From IMG/VR virus record IMGVR_UViG_3300003629_000001: a DNA stretch of 64,000 nt, one strand, 5' to 3'. This DNA is from a virus. The position numbers and the translations under genes were made by a program. Below, in pieces: positions 9,730 through 19,836 of the stretch. The notes below the pieces were generated by a model, which did not search any database, was not told the origin of the DNA, and saw nothing but the letters and a program-made list of their open reading frames with translations. Within the stretch, counting starts at the first letter, position 1, and the number at the start of each line of letters is the position of its first letter.

Positions 9730-10635
9730 CTACCCTTCGAGGTCAACGTCGCCTTCGAGGTTCACGTCTTCACTGTCGCCTTCCGTCTTCGGAGAGTCCG
9801 TGTCACCGCCGTCAGACCCTTCCTCGGCGTCGGTCGCGTCTTCGCCACCTTCCTCGGGGTTGTAACCGTCAGCGTCCGTCGTCACACCGTCTTCGTTCGC
9901 CTTCCGAGCGACCATAGCACGTCGGGCCGCGTCAGTCGCAATCTTCTCCCGAACCGTGTTCAGCACGTCTCGGTCGATTGCCGACTCGCTGTAGATAGTG
10001 CGAACGAACTTCGTAATGTCACCGTAGACCTTCTCGAAGACCTGTTCTCGCACCGCGCTCGGACTCTTCGGGAGTTCACTTGCCTCTTCGACCAGCGAAT
10101 CAACGCCAACGTCGTCAGAGGCTTCCTTGGCGAGCGTAGACGCTTGCTTACCGGGAGCGAGTTCCGACATGGGAACGTCGCGCTCGAAGCGCTCGCGGAC
10201 GCCTTCAGTCCCCTTCTGAATGGCGTCGTGGGTACGGTCGCCGCTGGACTCTTCGCGGAGTCCAACTTCAACGTCGCCATGACGAGCGTCCTTGATTAGT
10301 TCGCGCATGGCTTCGTCGTCTTCGTCTTCAAGGTCGATACCGAGACGTGCGATACCAGTTCGCTTGATTACCTCGCCGTCAGTCGTGGGGTCGTCCACCG
10401 TCACGCCTTCCACAGAGCCGTCAGATTCGTCCGTGTCGGATTTCTCCACCTCGTCGGACTCACCGCCCTCGCCAGTAACTCCGACTGACTCACGGTACTG
10501 CTGGACAGCCTCATTGGTACTTTCCTTGCGTTGCTTGACCAGTTCATCGAAGGACGCTTCGTCTACTTCCACGTCTTCGAGTTCAACGTCTTCAATCCCG
10601 TCAGTGGTATTGAAGTGTGTTTTGTCGCTACTCAT
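9730..10635 (-). CDS. acidic hypothetical protein
   Basis: 301-aa ORF with haloarchaeal composition and an upstream TATA-like element. Confidence 0.7.
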   Translation of the reverse strand: MSSDKTHFNTTDGIEDVELEDVEVDEASFDELVKQRKESTNEAVQQYRESVGVTGEGGESDEVEKSDTDESDGSVEGVTVDDPTTDGEVIKRTGIARLGIDLEDEDDEAMRELIKDARHGDVEVGLREESSGDRTHDAIQKGTEGVRERFERDVPMSELAPGKQASTLAKEASDDVGVDSLVEEASELPKSPSAVREQVFEKVYGDITKFVRTIYSESAIDRDVLNTVREKIATDAARRAMVARKANEDGVTTDADGYNPEEGGEDATDAEEGSDGGDTDSPKTEGDSEDVNLEGDVDLEG

Positions 10636-10689
10636 ACTCTATGATAAGGTTATTGTGAGCGCCATATAATTCTTCGCTCGTAAAACGGC

Positions 10690-11022
10690 TTAAGTCGCCT
10701 CTTCAGCCCACGAAAGGTAGTCCTGAAACCACGGTCTGACAACGAGTACAGGACATTTCTTTGGCGGATTGCTGATACGTAATTCTTCGATTTCCGACCG
10801 TGGCAACCCCAGCACGCCAATAGGGGTATTACTTGACGCGGCTACCTCGAAGTGATACTCGTCCACCTTGACCATTATATCGTCTTCCTGCTCCCCGGTC
10901 GGATACAGTTCCCACTGTAGTTCGAGGAACGTTTGTTCGTTGACAACTGGTTCGTTCTCTCTCACTGTTTCAACCTGAAACTCGGATAACAGGTAGCCGT
11001 TATTCCACGGTTCGAGGTGCAT
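10690..11022 (-). CDS. hypothetical protein
   Basis: 110-aa acidic ORF with ATG start. Confidence 0.55.
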   Translation of the reverse strand: MHLEPWNNGYLLSEFQVETVRENEPVVNEQTFLELQWELYPTGEQEDDIMVKVDEYHFEVAASSNTPIGVLGLPRSEIEELRISNPPKKCPVLVVRPWFQDYLSWAEEAT

Positions 11023-11094
11023 TCGTTATTACCCATACTGTGAGAGGCACTATGCCACTATGTACCTTGGGTCGCCTGTCCCTTATCATAATAA

Positions 11095-11240
11095 CTTTAT
11101 AGTAGTATAGTATAATTGCTGTTGCTGTAGCGGGGCGGTTCTAATATACAGTAGGCCCTATAGTATATACTATATTATATATTATATACGATAATACAAC
11201 CAATAACAGTTGATACTACGATATACAACCACTATAGGTT
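11095..11240. other. AT-rich non-coding segment with 16-bp palindrome (candidate origin/unwinding element)
   Basis: TATAGTATATACTATA at 11159-11174; ATACAACCA at 11194 and 11223; much lower GC than the flanks. Confidence 0.4.
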
Positions 11241-11300
11241 GAACAGCACAGCAACCGCTACCGCAAGAGTACAAACGATAATTATGGCTAAAAACAGAGC

Positions 11301-12206
11301 CTATACGTCTTTCATGGACTCAAGGCCAGTTCCAGTGATATTGACGTGGAACTCAATATCACCCACTTCCGGGTGGTTGGTGATATTAGCCTTACTGAAC
11401 GAACCTTGGGCGTTCTTCATTTTCAGGAAGTAGTTGACCGAGTGGTGGAACAGCGACCCGCCGTAGGTATTGTTCGCGCCACCGTAGGCCGAAGGGTTCC
11501 CGTAGACCTGTGCGGTCATGAGAACCGGCACTTCCAGATACTCGGCCATTTGCTCAATCTTCTGTAGGTGACGACCCATAATCTTCGAGCGGGTCTGTAG
11601 GTCGCCACGGTTCTCGAACTCGTCCGATAGGCGGAAGCGTGCGGTGAACGAGTCGATAACGACGAGGGCGCAATCCTCGAAGTGTTCGCTCACCTTGCCG
11701 TAGGCCATTTCTTGCTGTTCAAGGTCGTATGCCTTGACACGATGAATCAGGTTTAACGTATTTTCGTCATTCGCCATACTCTGTAACCGAGACGGGCTGT
11801 ATCGGTTTCGCTCCGTTTCAATGTAGACAACGGGCTGTCCAGTGGCTTCGGCGGCGGCGACGAGAGCCTGAAACGTGACCTGTGTCTTCCCCGCACCGGA
11901 CTCACCAGAGATAGCGACGACGTTGCCCTGTTGCCAGCCACCGTCAATCGTTTCGTCCAGCACGTCCATGCCCGTGGTGATATTGTCTTTTGATTCGTAC
12001 TCTTCGACTACTTCGTCCCCAGTCTGGACGATTACGGCGTTCTGTTTCGCACGCCGGATGATTTTGTCAGCCTTGTTGTCCGACATACCCTCGTCCGACA
12101 GGTGTTCGACTGTCGTCTGTGCGAGTTCGTCTACGCTGGATATGCCAGCCGATTCGAGTCGTTCTTCGGTGACGCCGCCGACACCTTTCAAATCTCCGAG
12201 TTCCAT
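11301..12206 (-). CDS. radA: RadA recombinase
   Basis: N-terminal HhH (LKGVGGVTEERL), Walker A GESGAGKTQ, 'YIETE', Walker B 'VVIDS', 'TAQV', 'YGG'. Confidence 0.92.
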   Translation of the reverse strand: MELGDLKGVGGVTEERLESAGISSVDELAQTTVEHLSDEGMSDNKADKIIRRAKQNAVIVQTGDEVVEEYESKDNITTGMDVLDETIDGGWQQGNVVAISGESGAGKTQVTFQALVAAAEATGQPVVYIETERNRYSPSRLQSMANDENTLNLIHRVKAYDLEQQEMAYGKVSEHFEDCALVVIDSFTARFRLSDEFENRGDLQTRSKIMGRHLQKIEQMAEYLEVPVLMTAQVYGNPSAYGGANNTYGGSLFHHSVNYFLKMKNAQGSFSKANITNHPEVGDIEFHVNITGTGLESMKDV

Positions 12207-12379
12207 ACATCCGTGATTCGGCTTCGAGCGGGTTAGTTCTTTGGATGAAATCACGACAGTAGGGATAATGATAGCGAGAGACGGGTAAACTCGGGTTTAC
12301 GAACTGGCGTCGATTGAATCTATGAATAATCCCATCCGAAAACACTATATGCCTACGTGGAATACATGGAAACGCGACA

Positions 12380-13357
12380 ATGGACGAAGACCAAATTGAA
12401 GAACGGCTCGCGGCTTTCGTAGAGGGAACGAACAACGACTTGGACTGGGCGTGGGAAGTGTACCACAACAAACTCGAACTCGCCAAAGAGCGAGCGGGAG
12501 AAGGCGTGGGCGAAGAGACGCTGGCCCCGGCGGCTATCCAAATGGTTCGCGGCGAACTCGTCAAGGGTTCCCGCACGGGTGGCCCCGTGGAAGAGGTGAA
12601 CATCCTCTCTATCGGTCAGAGTGGTGTTCAGTCGTGGAACGACGGCGACGGTGGCAAGAAGGACGTGCTGATTGCCTACGGCGTCGTGAACCCGGAAGAC
12701 GACCCAGCAGGACTCGGCGTCTTCATTTGCGATTCGGCTGACGGCGTGGACGTTTACAACTGGAAGGACAAGTTCGGCACGCTTGACACCCTGACGGGGT
12801 ACTTCCAAGTGGACGAGAGTGACGAACTCTCGAACGTCTACGTTCTCCGCACGTCGGACGACGCACGCGTGGAAGTTGACGAAGACGACGACATGAGTAT
12901 GGCGGACAAGCGAGACTACCTTCACAACTTCGTGGACGACAAAGCGGAAATCGCCACGATTGCGAACTCGCTGTCTGTCACCAACTCTGACGGCTACGCC
13001 GCCGAGTTCGGTGCGGACGTGAAGCGTATGGTCGTGACTGTCGTGGACTGGTACGCGGGTGACGGGTTCAACACCTACACGGTGCTGGACGACTCCGTTG
13101 TGGACGCCGCTGAACTCGGTGACGACGTGGTATCCGACCGTGGCCGCACGCCGGGTATGACTATCTGGTGTCCTGACGAGTTCTTCAAGTACGGGAACGA
13201 CTCGCAACTCGAAATCTACGGGACGATTACCCGTGGCGACGACGGTCAGATTTCGATGAACGCGTGCGGCGTCTTCCCGCTCATTCCGTTCGACCAAGAC
13301 GAACAGACCAGCGGTGACAGTACCACCGAGAGCAACGTCAGCGAACAGAGTATCTAA
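12380..13357 (+). CDS. putative OB-fold ssDNA-binding protein
   Basis: 325 aa, beta-rich, 'LEIYGTI...ISMNACG' OB-like ending and acidic tail; divergent from radA at the head of the replication operon. Confidence 0.45.
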   Translation: MDEDQIEERLAAFVEGTNNDLDWAWEVYHNKLELAKERAGEGVGEETLAPAAIQMVRGELVKGSRTGGPVEEVNILSIGQSGVQSWNDGDGGKKDVLIAYGVVNPEDDPAGLGVFICDSADGVDVYNWKDKFGTLDTLTGYFQVDESDELSNVYVLRTSDDARVEVDEDDDMSMADKRDYLHNFVDDKAEIATIANSLSVTNSDGYAAEFGADVKRMVVTVVDWYAGDGFNTYTVLDDSVVDAAELGDDVVSDRGRTPGMTIWCPDEFFKYGNDSQLEIYGTITRGDDGQISMNACGVFPLIPFDQDEQTSGDSTTESNVSEQSI

Positions 13358-13359
13358 TC

Positions 13360-14829
13360 ATGGCGGACTGGATGGAACAACAGATTTCCGACGCGGACGA
13401 CTCGGACGACGCTGACGATACCAGCGTCGAAGCGAAAGGTAACGAAGAGTTCGCCAGTCAGATTCGGACGATGGTAGCGACCGGGAGTGTCGAAAAACTC
13501 TCCGTCTCGCTCCTTCGTGACCGACTGGACGAGGTGGACGACGTGGAAGCCCTCGAAGCAGGGCTGGAAAACGACACGCGAGAAGAGGCACAGGAAGAGT
13601 ACGAAGACCGACTGGTCGAAATCGGTGAATACGACTACACCGACCCGGACGAACCCGAGGAAGAGTCCGAAGCGGCTGACGCCGATACCGAGGAAGACGA
13701 GTCCACCGACGCATTCCCCGGTAGCGACGACTCCGAGGAAGACGAAGAGGAACCGACGCCCGGAGTGGACGAGTGTGTTCACTGTGGCGCGTCCATCGAA
13801 GACGGTCACTGTCCCGAGTGCGACGGGGACGAGGATTCGGAAGAATCTGCTGATAACCCTATCGACACCGAGGGAGAACCCGAACCGGAACCCGAGACGC
13901 CGGAAACGACCGAGACGCCTGACCCCGAACCCGAGACGGGTGACGCGGTGGGTGACGGTGGCTCTTCGGCTGTCGAAGTGGACGTGAAGAGTATCGCGCC
14001 CGACGTGATTACGGCTGACGACGCCGCCGAGCGCGACCCGCGATACACCATGCTGGTGTGGGCCGACCCCGGTCAGGGGAAGACGCACTTCGCGTGTACC
14101 AGCCCGGAACCGGTCGTTATCATCGACACCGAGGGGAAGGCTGACCAAGTGGCCCGGAAGTTCAAGGGCGAGGGTGAAGTGCCGCAATCGCCGTTCATCT
14201 TCCAGCCGACGAACTACGACGAAGCCGTTGAAGCGCTGGACTCCGCGCTGGACATTCTGGACGAGTACCGCAACAAGGCCGGTCTGACCGGCACGCTCGT
14301 CGTGGACAGTATGTCCGTCATGTGGGGCTGGTCGCAACAGAAATACGTCGAAAAGTTCTACCCCGGCAAGGACGCGAGCGAGGTAGAGTTCAGTTCGGCG
14401 TTCGGTGGCGGCCAGTCTGACTGGAAGCAAATCAAGCGCTACCACAACGTCAAGTTCCGTCAGGTCATGCTGGACTCCCCGTACCACCTCGTATGGACGG
14501 CCATGCGAGAAGACGACTACGAGGAAGCCATGAAGGGCAATCAGGACGCGGACAAGCCCGCTGGCGAGAAAGAGAACGCCTACAAGGTAGACGAAGTTCT
14601 CCGTATCGAAGAGGGTGAAGACGGCGCTCCGGTCGGCGTGCTGAACAAGTCCGGCAAGGTCAAGCACCGGTACAGTGGACTCCGCTACCCGACGTTCGAC
14701 AAGCACCAAGACCTTGTGAACGGCATTCTCGAAGCCGAGAATGGTGGTCGGTCTATGAGCGCCCTCGCCGGTGCGAAGGGTGTGAGTATCCACGAAGGGA
14801 ACCCCAAGTTCCAGAAAGACGACGAGTGA
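13360..14829 (+). CDS. Sak4/AAA_24-like P-loop ATPase with acidic N-terminal region and CxxC..CxxC Zn finger
   Basis: 'LVWADPGQGKTHFA', 'IIDTEG', 'TLVVDS'; CVHC/CPEC. Confidence 0.75.
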   Translation: MADWMEQQISDADDSDDADDTSVEAKGNEEFASQIRTMVATGSVEKLSVSLLRDRLDEVDDVEALEAGLENDTREEAQEEYEDRLVEIGEYDYTDPDEPEEESEAADADTEEDESTDAFPGSDDSEEDEEEPTPGVDECVHCGASIEDGHCPECDGDEDSEESADNPIDTEGEPEPEPETPETTETPDPEPETGDAVGDGGSSAVEVDVKSIAPDVITADDAAERDPRYTMLVWADPGQGKTHFACTSPEPVVIIDTEGKADQVARKFKGEGEVPQSPFIFQPTNYDEAVEALDSALDILDEYRNKAGLTGTLVVDSMSVMWGWSQQKYVEKFYPGKDASEVEFSSAFGGGQSDWKQIKRYHNVKFRQVMLDSPYHLVWTAMREDDYEEAMKGNQDADKPAGEKENAYKVDEVLRIEEGEDGAPVGVLNKSGKVKHRYSGLRYPTFDKHQDLVNGILEAENGGRSMSALAGAKGVSIHEGNPKFQKDDE

Positions 14830-14833
14830 ACTC

Positions 14834-15184
14834 ATGGACGAAAGAGTTCGCGTAACGGAATCTTCCCGCTCTCGCTTGAACGAACTCAAGCAAGGGGGTC
14901 AGACCCACTCCGACGTGCTGGGTAGGATTCTCCCCGAAGAGGCCGACGAACGGCTTGAGAACGAAGAGAAGGTTTCGATTGGCGTCACCCCGGAAATCCA
15001 TGACCGGATTTTCGCACTGGCTGGCGACGGCGTTCCGGCGTATAGAGTAGTCGAATACTACCTCTACCGAGAGCAAATGAAGCAGGTCGTCTCGGCTGAC
15101 GAGTTGCTTGACACGCTCTACAATAGGGGTACTGGCATGGTCGAAGAGCGGTACATCGAAGACACGGAAACTGAAAATGAGTGA
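14834..15184 (+). CDS. ribbon-helix-helix-like DNA-binding protein (tandem)
   Basis: 'VRVTESSRSRLNELKQGGQTHSDVLGRIL' plus a second similar unit, 'IGVTPEIHDRIFAL'. Confidence 0.55.
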   Translation: MDERVRVTESSRSRLNELKQGGQTHSDVLGRILPEEADERLENEEKVSIGVTPEIHDRIFALAGDGVPAYRVVEYYLYREQMKQVVSADELLDTLYNRGTGMVEERYIEDTETENE

Positions 15185-16085
15185 ACAAGAACTCGGTACG
15201 ATTCGCGGCCCCTCGCAACGCATTCGGGAGATTATCACGCACACGGCGCTGGCTGGTCGGGGCGACCCCTTCCACAGCGACGTATATCTCTCCGTCACGC
15301 CCGGTCAGGTGGACACGGTTGTTGCCAGCGACGGTAACACTCTGTTGACCTACTGTACGTTCACCGACGACGCGCTGTCGGAGATTGACGTAACTGAAGA
15401 CGACGCGGACTCGGCACAGGCAATCGTCAACGTGGCGGATTTCCTGAACTACCTCGATTTCGCGTCTGACGGCGGTGAAGTGGAACTCGCCTTCCGGGGC
15501 GAACCCGACAGTAAACTCGCGTCCGTGCTGGAAGTGACCGGGGCGCTGAACACCCGCGTCATGCTCCCGGCCAGCGAGTCGATTCTGGACGACGTACCGG
15601 TCAACGCCATGTTCGACCGGTTTGACGACGAGAACAATTTCCAAGGCAAGAGCGGGGCGTTGGAAACGAACATCGAAACCGACGTGGAACAGATTCAGCG
15701 GCTAATCGAAATCGTCAACTACGACTCCGAGACAGAGTTCTTCCCGATTACGGTCGAAGAGGTAGATTCGGCTACTGTTGAAGGGGAGAATGTCGAAGCG
15801 GAAGTAGAAGGTGAAGGTGAAGAGTTCGACGGGAGTGGCGAGTACGAGTTCGCGCTGGACATTGGCCGTGACACCGGTCGGAACGCTGTGTGGGGTGAAA
15901 TGAGCGCCACGTCAGTTACGTCCGACTCCGAGGTTCACAACAACTACCACCAAGGATTCGAGCCTGTCTTCGACACGCTCGGCGGCGACGTTCGACTACA
16001 GACCGCTTCCGGGGGCGCTCCCCTTGCTGTGGTTCAGGAACGTGACGGAGTAACCCTTCGCCACGTTATCGCCAACGTGTCGTAG
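15177..16085 (+). CDS. pcn: PCNA-like DNA sliding clamp
   Basis: two-domain pattern; 'VYLSVTPGQVDTVVASDGNTLL...VNVADFLNYL' and C-terminal 'PLAV...LRHVIA'; the genome encodes both RFC subunits and PolB. Confidence 0.65.
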   Translation: MSEQELGTIRGPSQRIREIITHTALAGRGDPFHSDVYLSVTPGQVDTVVASDGNTLLTYCTFTDDALSEIDVTEDDADSAQAIVNVADFLNYLDFASDGGEVELAFRGEPDSKLASVLEVTGALNTRVMLPASESILDDVPVNAMFDRFDDENNFQGKSGALETNIETDVEQIQRLIEIVNYDSETEFFPITVEEVDSATVEGENVEAEVEGEGEEFDGSGEYEFALDIGRDTGRNAVWGEMSATSVTSDSEVHNNYHQGFEPVFDTLGGDVRLQTASGGAPLAVVQERDGVTLRHVIANVS

Positions 16086-16157
16086 AACTGACTCTCACAC
16101 TTTAATAAGGTGATACGCAATATTCACATACGATTAAACTGACCGAATTGACACACA

Positions 16158-17357
16158 ATGGACAAAGCAACTAACGCGCTCTTCGGAACGTTCCCGAGAG
16201 CGGTCGGTGTAACGCAAGATTTCGGGGGGCTACGACAGTTCGTTGTTCACTCCGCCGGAGAGTTCGACGTGTTCACCGACGCCGTAAACGGTTCGAGAAA
16301 TGCCTACGCGTCCGTGTCATGGCGTCCAATCGGGGGTAACATCAAACTGGACAAAGTGACGCTTGATTTTGACACGCCAGCGAAACCGGACTGGCCTATG
16401 TTCGAGGGCGAGAAGCCCCCGGACGACGAGATTGTGGCGCGTATGCGGAGTGACGACCGAATAGCCAACGACGTGCTGGGAGAGGTGTTTCAGGACGCCA
16501 GCGAGTTGGCCCAACGTGCGATAGAAGACGAGGTTCCCCTGATAGGGGTATTCTCGGGAATGGGTATGCACGTTCACCTACTGTACGAAGAGACGAACGA
16601 AGACCTGAAAAAGAAACTCGGCACGACCGCCCGGAAGTACGTGGGCGACCTGAACCTCGGGACGGCTGACCCGAAAGTCGGGCTGAACGGCGACCAGAAG
16701 AAAATCGTCCGTATCCCGAACATCGAACGAATCGAAATCACCAACGGCGGTGCGAACGTGCGGCCATGCTCGGTGTTTACGATTCCGCTGACGCGGAAAG
16801 AGTTAGCGGACGGTATCTCCCCGAGTGAAGCGCTCGAAATGGCGCGGACGGAGCGAGATATAGACCCGGACATAGGTGAAGACGAGCGCCCGGAAATGGA
16901 AATCCACGACCACTACGTTACGGATTTCTCGGAAGAACAGCAGGCGGAACAGCAGGAAGTGGGCGACTCCGTACTTGGTGACGGTGACGACGACACCCTG
17001 CTTGAGTTCTTCCTACAGGAATGGCTGAAAATGCCCTGTATGTACGAGCGCGTTCAGCAACCGGAACCCGACCACCGGATTCGACAGAACTTCGCCGTGT
17101 TGATGTTCAATCTCGGGTTCTCGAAAGAGGAACTACACGAAATCATTCAGCGAATCGGCTGGGTTGATTACGACTATGAGACAAGCAAGCACCAAATCGA
17201 CCAAATCTACCGCCGGGGGTACTCCGACATGACGTGCGCGAGCATTCGTCGGAAGGGCCTCTGTACGGTGGACGAAGACGGTAAAGACCCACAAGTAGAC
17301 GACGCGGAACAGTGTCCGACGTTCGGTTGGTCGGGGGGAAAGGTGGAATGGAAATGA
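16158..17357 (+). CDS. priS: archaeo-eukaryotic primase, PriS-PriL fusion
   Basis: AEP motifs LDFD, FSGMGMHVH, IVRIP; C-terminal PriL-like Cys cluster (MPC..TC..LC..C). Confidence 0.85.
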   Translation: MDKATNALFGTFPRAVGVTQDFGGLRQFVVHSAGEFDVFTDAVNGSRNAYASVSWRPIGGNIKLDKVTLDFDTPAKPDWPMFEGEKPPDDEIVARMRSDDRIANDVLGEVFQDASELAQRAIEDEVPLIGVFSGMGMHVHLLYEETNEDLKKKLGTTARKYVGDLNLGTADPKVGLNGDQKKIVRIPNIERIEITNGGANVRPCSVFTIPLTRKELADGISPSEALEMARTERDIDPDIGEDERPEMEIHDHYVTDFSEEQQAEQQEVGDSVLGDGDDDTLLEFFLQEWLKMPCMYERVQQPEPDHRIRQNFAVLMFNLGFSKEELHEIIQRIGWVDYDYETSKHQIDQIYRRGYSDMTCASIRRKGLCTVDEDGKDPQVDDAEQCPTFGWSGGKVEWK

Positions 17358-17644
17358 GTTCGACCGCCTGTCCCTGCTGTGGACGCCCGGCGAAGACGGG
17401 TCAAGCAACCTTGACCGACCACGAAATCGACCGACTCCCGATGGGGAATCAGAACACGAAGTGGAACGTCGTCCGCTGGCAAGCGGTCAAGGGCGCGGCC
17501 ATGTACTACGAGGTTCCCGACTGGACGAGTAAAGTGGACGCGTCTCTGGACTACACAGAGAATATCGCTCTCATGGCGGAGTACGGAACCAACGTCGAAG
17601 CGAACGGCGGGAAGACCATGCGAGAAATGGAACCGCACCGCTGA
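17354..17644 (+). CDS. hypothetical protein (CPCCG)
   Basis: ATG overlaps the primase stop. Confidence 0.55.
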   Translation: MSSTACPCCGRPAKTGQATLTDHEIDRLPMGNQNTKWNVVRWQAVKGAAMYYEVPDWTSKVDASLDYTENIALMAEYGTNVEANGGKTMREMEPHR

Positions 17645-17713
17645 TATGGGTACTGGCGAACTATCACCCGAAGACATTAAGTCAGTAGACTATAAAACTA
17701 TAATCGGATTCAA

Positions 17714-18697
17714 ATGACTGTTTCAGACGCGATTTGGGTAGAGAAGTACCGCCCCTCGAACCTTGACCAGATAGTCGGCAATGAGGATATTGTCGCCCGC
17801 ATGAAGGATTTCAGTTCCGACGCTGAAATGCCGAATATCATGCTTGCTGGCCCACAGGGAACCGGGAAGACCGCCATGACTACCGCACTCGCCAAAGAGA
17901 TTTACGGTGACGACTGGCGGAGCAATATGCTGTCGCTGAACGCCAGTGACGAGCGTGGTATCGACACGGTTCGTGACCGAATCAAGTCGTTCGCTCGCAC
18001 TGACACCGTTGGGGGCTACGATTTCAAAATCGTGTTCCTTGACGAAGTTGACAGCACCACGAAAGACGCCCAGTCAGCAATGCGGCGGGTCATGGAAGAC
18101 TACAGCGACAAGACGCGGTTCATCCTGTCCTGTAACTACCCCAACAAGATTATCGCCCCGATTCAGTCACGGTGTGCCATGTATCGCATGGACAGACTCG
18201 GGGACGACGGCATTCGTCAGGTCGTTGCGAACGTAATCGCACAGGAAGGTATTGAGGCGTCTGACGAAGCCATAGACGCACTCGTTCAGGAAGCGGGCGG
18301 TGACGCCCGGAAGGCAATCAACACGCTTCAGTCGTGCGTGTTGGACGGAGAACTCACTGCTGAAGGCGTACAGTCGATTGCCGGAGCGGTCGGGTACGAC
18401 GAGGTTCGCGCAATCCTCGAAGACGCGATTGCTGGCAATCTGGACGACGCTATGCGGACGCTGGACGTGGACGTACTGAAGGCGGGTGTCTCGGAACAGA
18501 AGTTCATCGACACCGCTCTTCGCGTCGTCAAGACGCTGGATATGCCCGCTGACGCCCGTGCGAAGTGTATCGACAAGATAGCCGAGTGCGACTGGCGAGT
18601 CATGCAAGGAGCGAACCCGCACGTCCAACTTCACTCCCTGCTGTCCGACGTACATATCGCGTACCACCTGTCGCTTCCAAACTACAGCGAGGAATAA
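17714..18697 (+). CDS. rfcS: replication factor C small subunit
   Basis: WVEKYRP, GPQGTGKT, LNASDERGID, LDEVD, SRC, GDARKAIN. Confidence 0.95.
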   Translation: MTVSDAIWVEKYRPSNLDQIVGNEDIVARMKDFSSDAEMPNIMLAGPQGTGKTAMTTALAKEIYGDDWRSNMLSLNASDERGIDTVRDRIKSFARTDTVGGYDFKIVFLDEVDSTTKDAQSAMRRVMEDYSDKTRFILSCNYPNKIIAPIQSRCAMYRMDRLGDDGIRQVVANVIAQEGIEASDEAIDALVQEAGGDARKAINTLQSCVLDGELTAEGVQSIAGAVGYDEVRAILEDAIAGNLDDAMRTLDVDVLKAGVSEQKFIDTALRVVKTLDMPADARAKCIDKIAECDWRVMQGANPHVQLHSLLSDVHIAYHLSLPNYSEE

Positions 18698-18888
18698 TGT
18701 CGGACGAAGACGACGAGGTGTGCGAAGAACCCAGCCAAATGGAAATGGCCGCTGGTGAACTTCACGTCTTCGCACAGGCCGAAGAGAGCGACGACGCGCT
18801 CGAAGCCGTACAGGAAATGTGGAGTCAGGCCCTCGAAGACCTGAAAGAAATGCCAGCCGAAGAACGAGAGCGAATAGGTCTAAAATGA
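18697..18888 (+). CDS. small acidic protein
   Basis: ATG at the RFC stop (TAATG). Confidence 0.55.
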   Translation: MSDEDDEVCEEPSQMEMAAGELHVFAQAEESDDALEAVQEMWSQALEDLKEMPAEERERIGLK

Positions 18889-18992
18889 GTCAAGACGACG
18901 CCTACGTACTGACCGACCTTGAGTTGATAGCGGTATCACTGGTCGAAGAGCCTGTTAACCCGGACTGTCGTTTCGCGGGGTCAGACTCATGA
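18885..18992 (+). CDS. 35-aa micro-ORF resembling a prohead-protease C-terminal motif
   Basis: MSQDDAYVLTDLELIAVSLVEEPVNPDCRFAGSDS; ATGA overlaps on both sides. Confidence 0.45.
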   Translation: MSQDDAYVLTDLELIAVSLVEEPVNPDCRFAGSDS

Positions 18993-19155
18993 TAGCGACC
19001 GCTGTCATGTGGTATTCAATCTCGCAAATCTTCGCCGCCGAAGCCGAGTTCGAGGAACTGGAACCGGACGATGCCCTTCCACTGTACTTGACCCTCGGCC
19101 CGCTTCTACTGGACGGAGCGGCGTTCTACTGGCTGTCTCAAGCGGTGATAGCATA

Positions 19156-19836
19156 ATGGAATACACCCCACCACCGGAAGACTACCAGATAAAAGAACGA
19201 GAGTGGCCCGAACCGGACAGAGAGAAGTGTTCGGTAGAGATAGCGGAATCTACGCCTGTAGTCGAATTTGACGAGTCCGACATGGGGTTGATTGCGAAGT
19301 GGGGGCTGTTCCGAACCCGAGCGAAGAACGACAACGAAGACTTGTCGGATATGGATAATGCACGGCAATCGACGGTCGCGGTCAACAGCGACCTATACGA
19401 CGAAGTGCAAGAAGTTCACGAAGCGGGTGTCGCTGGCGAATTAGCCTTCGCACAATACTACGATTTCGATTTCCCGTATAGCGAAGAAGGTGAGTTGGAC
19501 GACGGATACGATTTCGTTATTCGACTCGGTGATACGGGTGACTGGCTTACCGTTGATGTGAAGGCTACCCAAATGACTGACGGCGGCCCGTTGCTCATTC
19601 AGCAAATGAAGGGCATTCGGGCTGACCTGTACTTCTTGGTGGACTACTACCAAGACGAGGAACGGGCTGAACTGGTCGGATTCACCACGGGTGCGATTCT
19701 CGGTGATTGTCCGATTATCAGCGGGAACTACAAGGAACCGAACTTCCAATGCAATCGGAAGCGATTGATTCCTGTTCCTGACCCCGAGGAAGTTGAACTG
19801 ATTCCGTGGGAGCGGTACGTAGAGGTGTACCAATGA
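19156..19836 (+). CDS. PD-(D/E)XK-type endonuclease-like protein
   Basis: 'GVAGELAF...DDGYDF...VDVKAT'. Confidence 0.6.
   Translation: MEYTPPPEDYQIKEREWPEPDREKCSVEIAESTPVVEFDESDMGLIAKWGLFRTRAKNDNEDLSDMDNARQSTVAVNSDLYDEVQEVHEAGVAGELAFAQYYDFDFPYSEEGELDDGYDFVIRLGDTGDWLTVDVKATQMTDGGPLLIQQMKGIRADLYFLVDYYQDEERAELVGFTTGAILGDCPIISGNYKEPNFQCNRKRLIPVPDPEEVELIPWERYVEVYQ

Noticed and set aside
12353-14889. Long antisense ORFs (e.g. 12353-13297, 13354-14889, 61772-62764)
   Set aside because: Shadow frames of GC-rich acidic genes, with Val/Arg/Leu-rich non-halophilic composition
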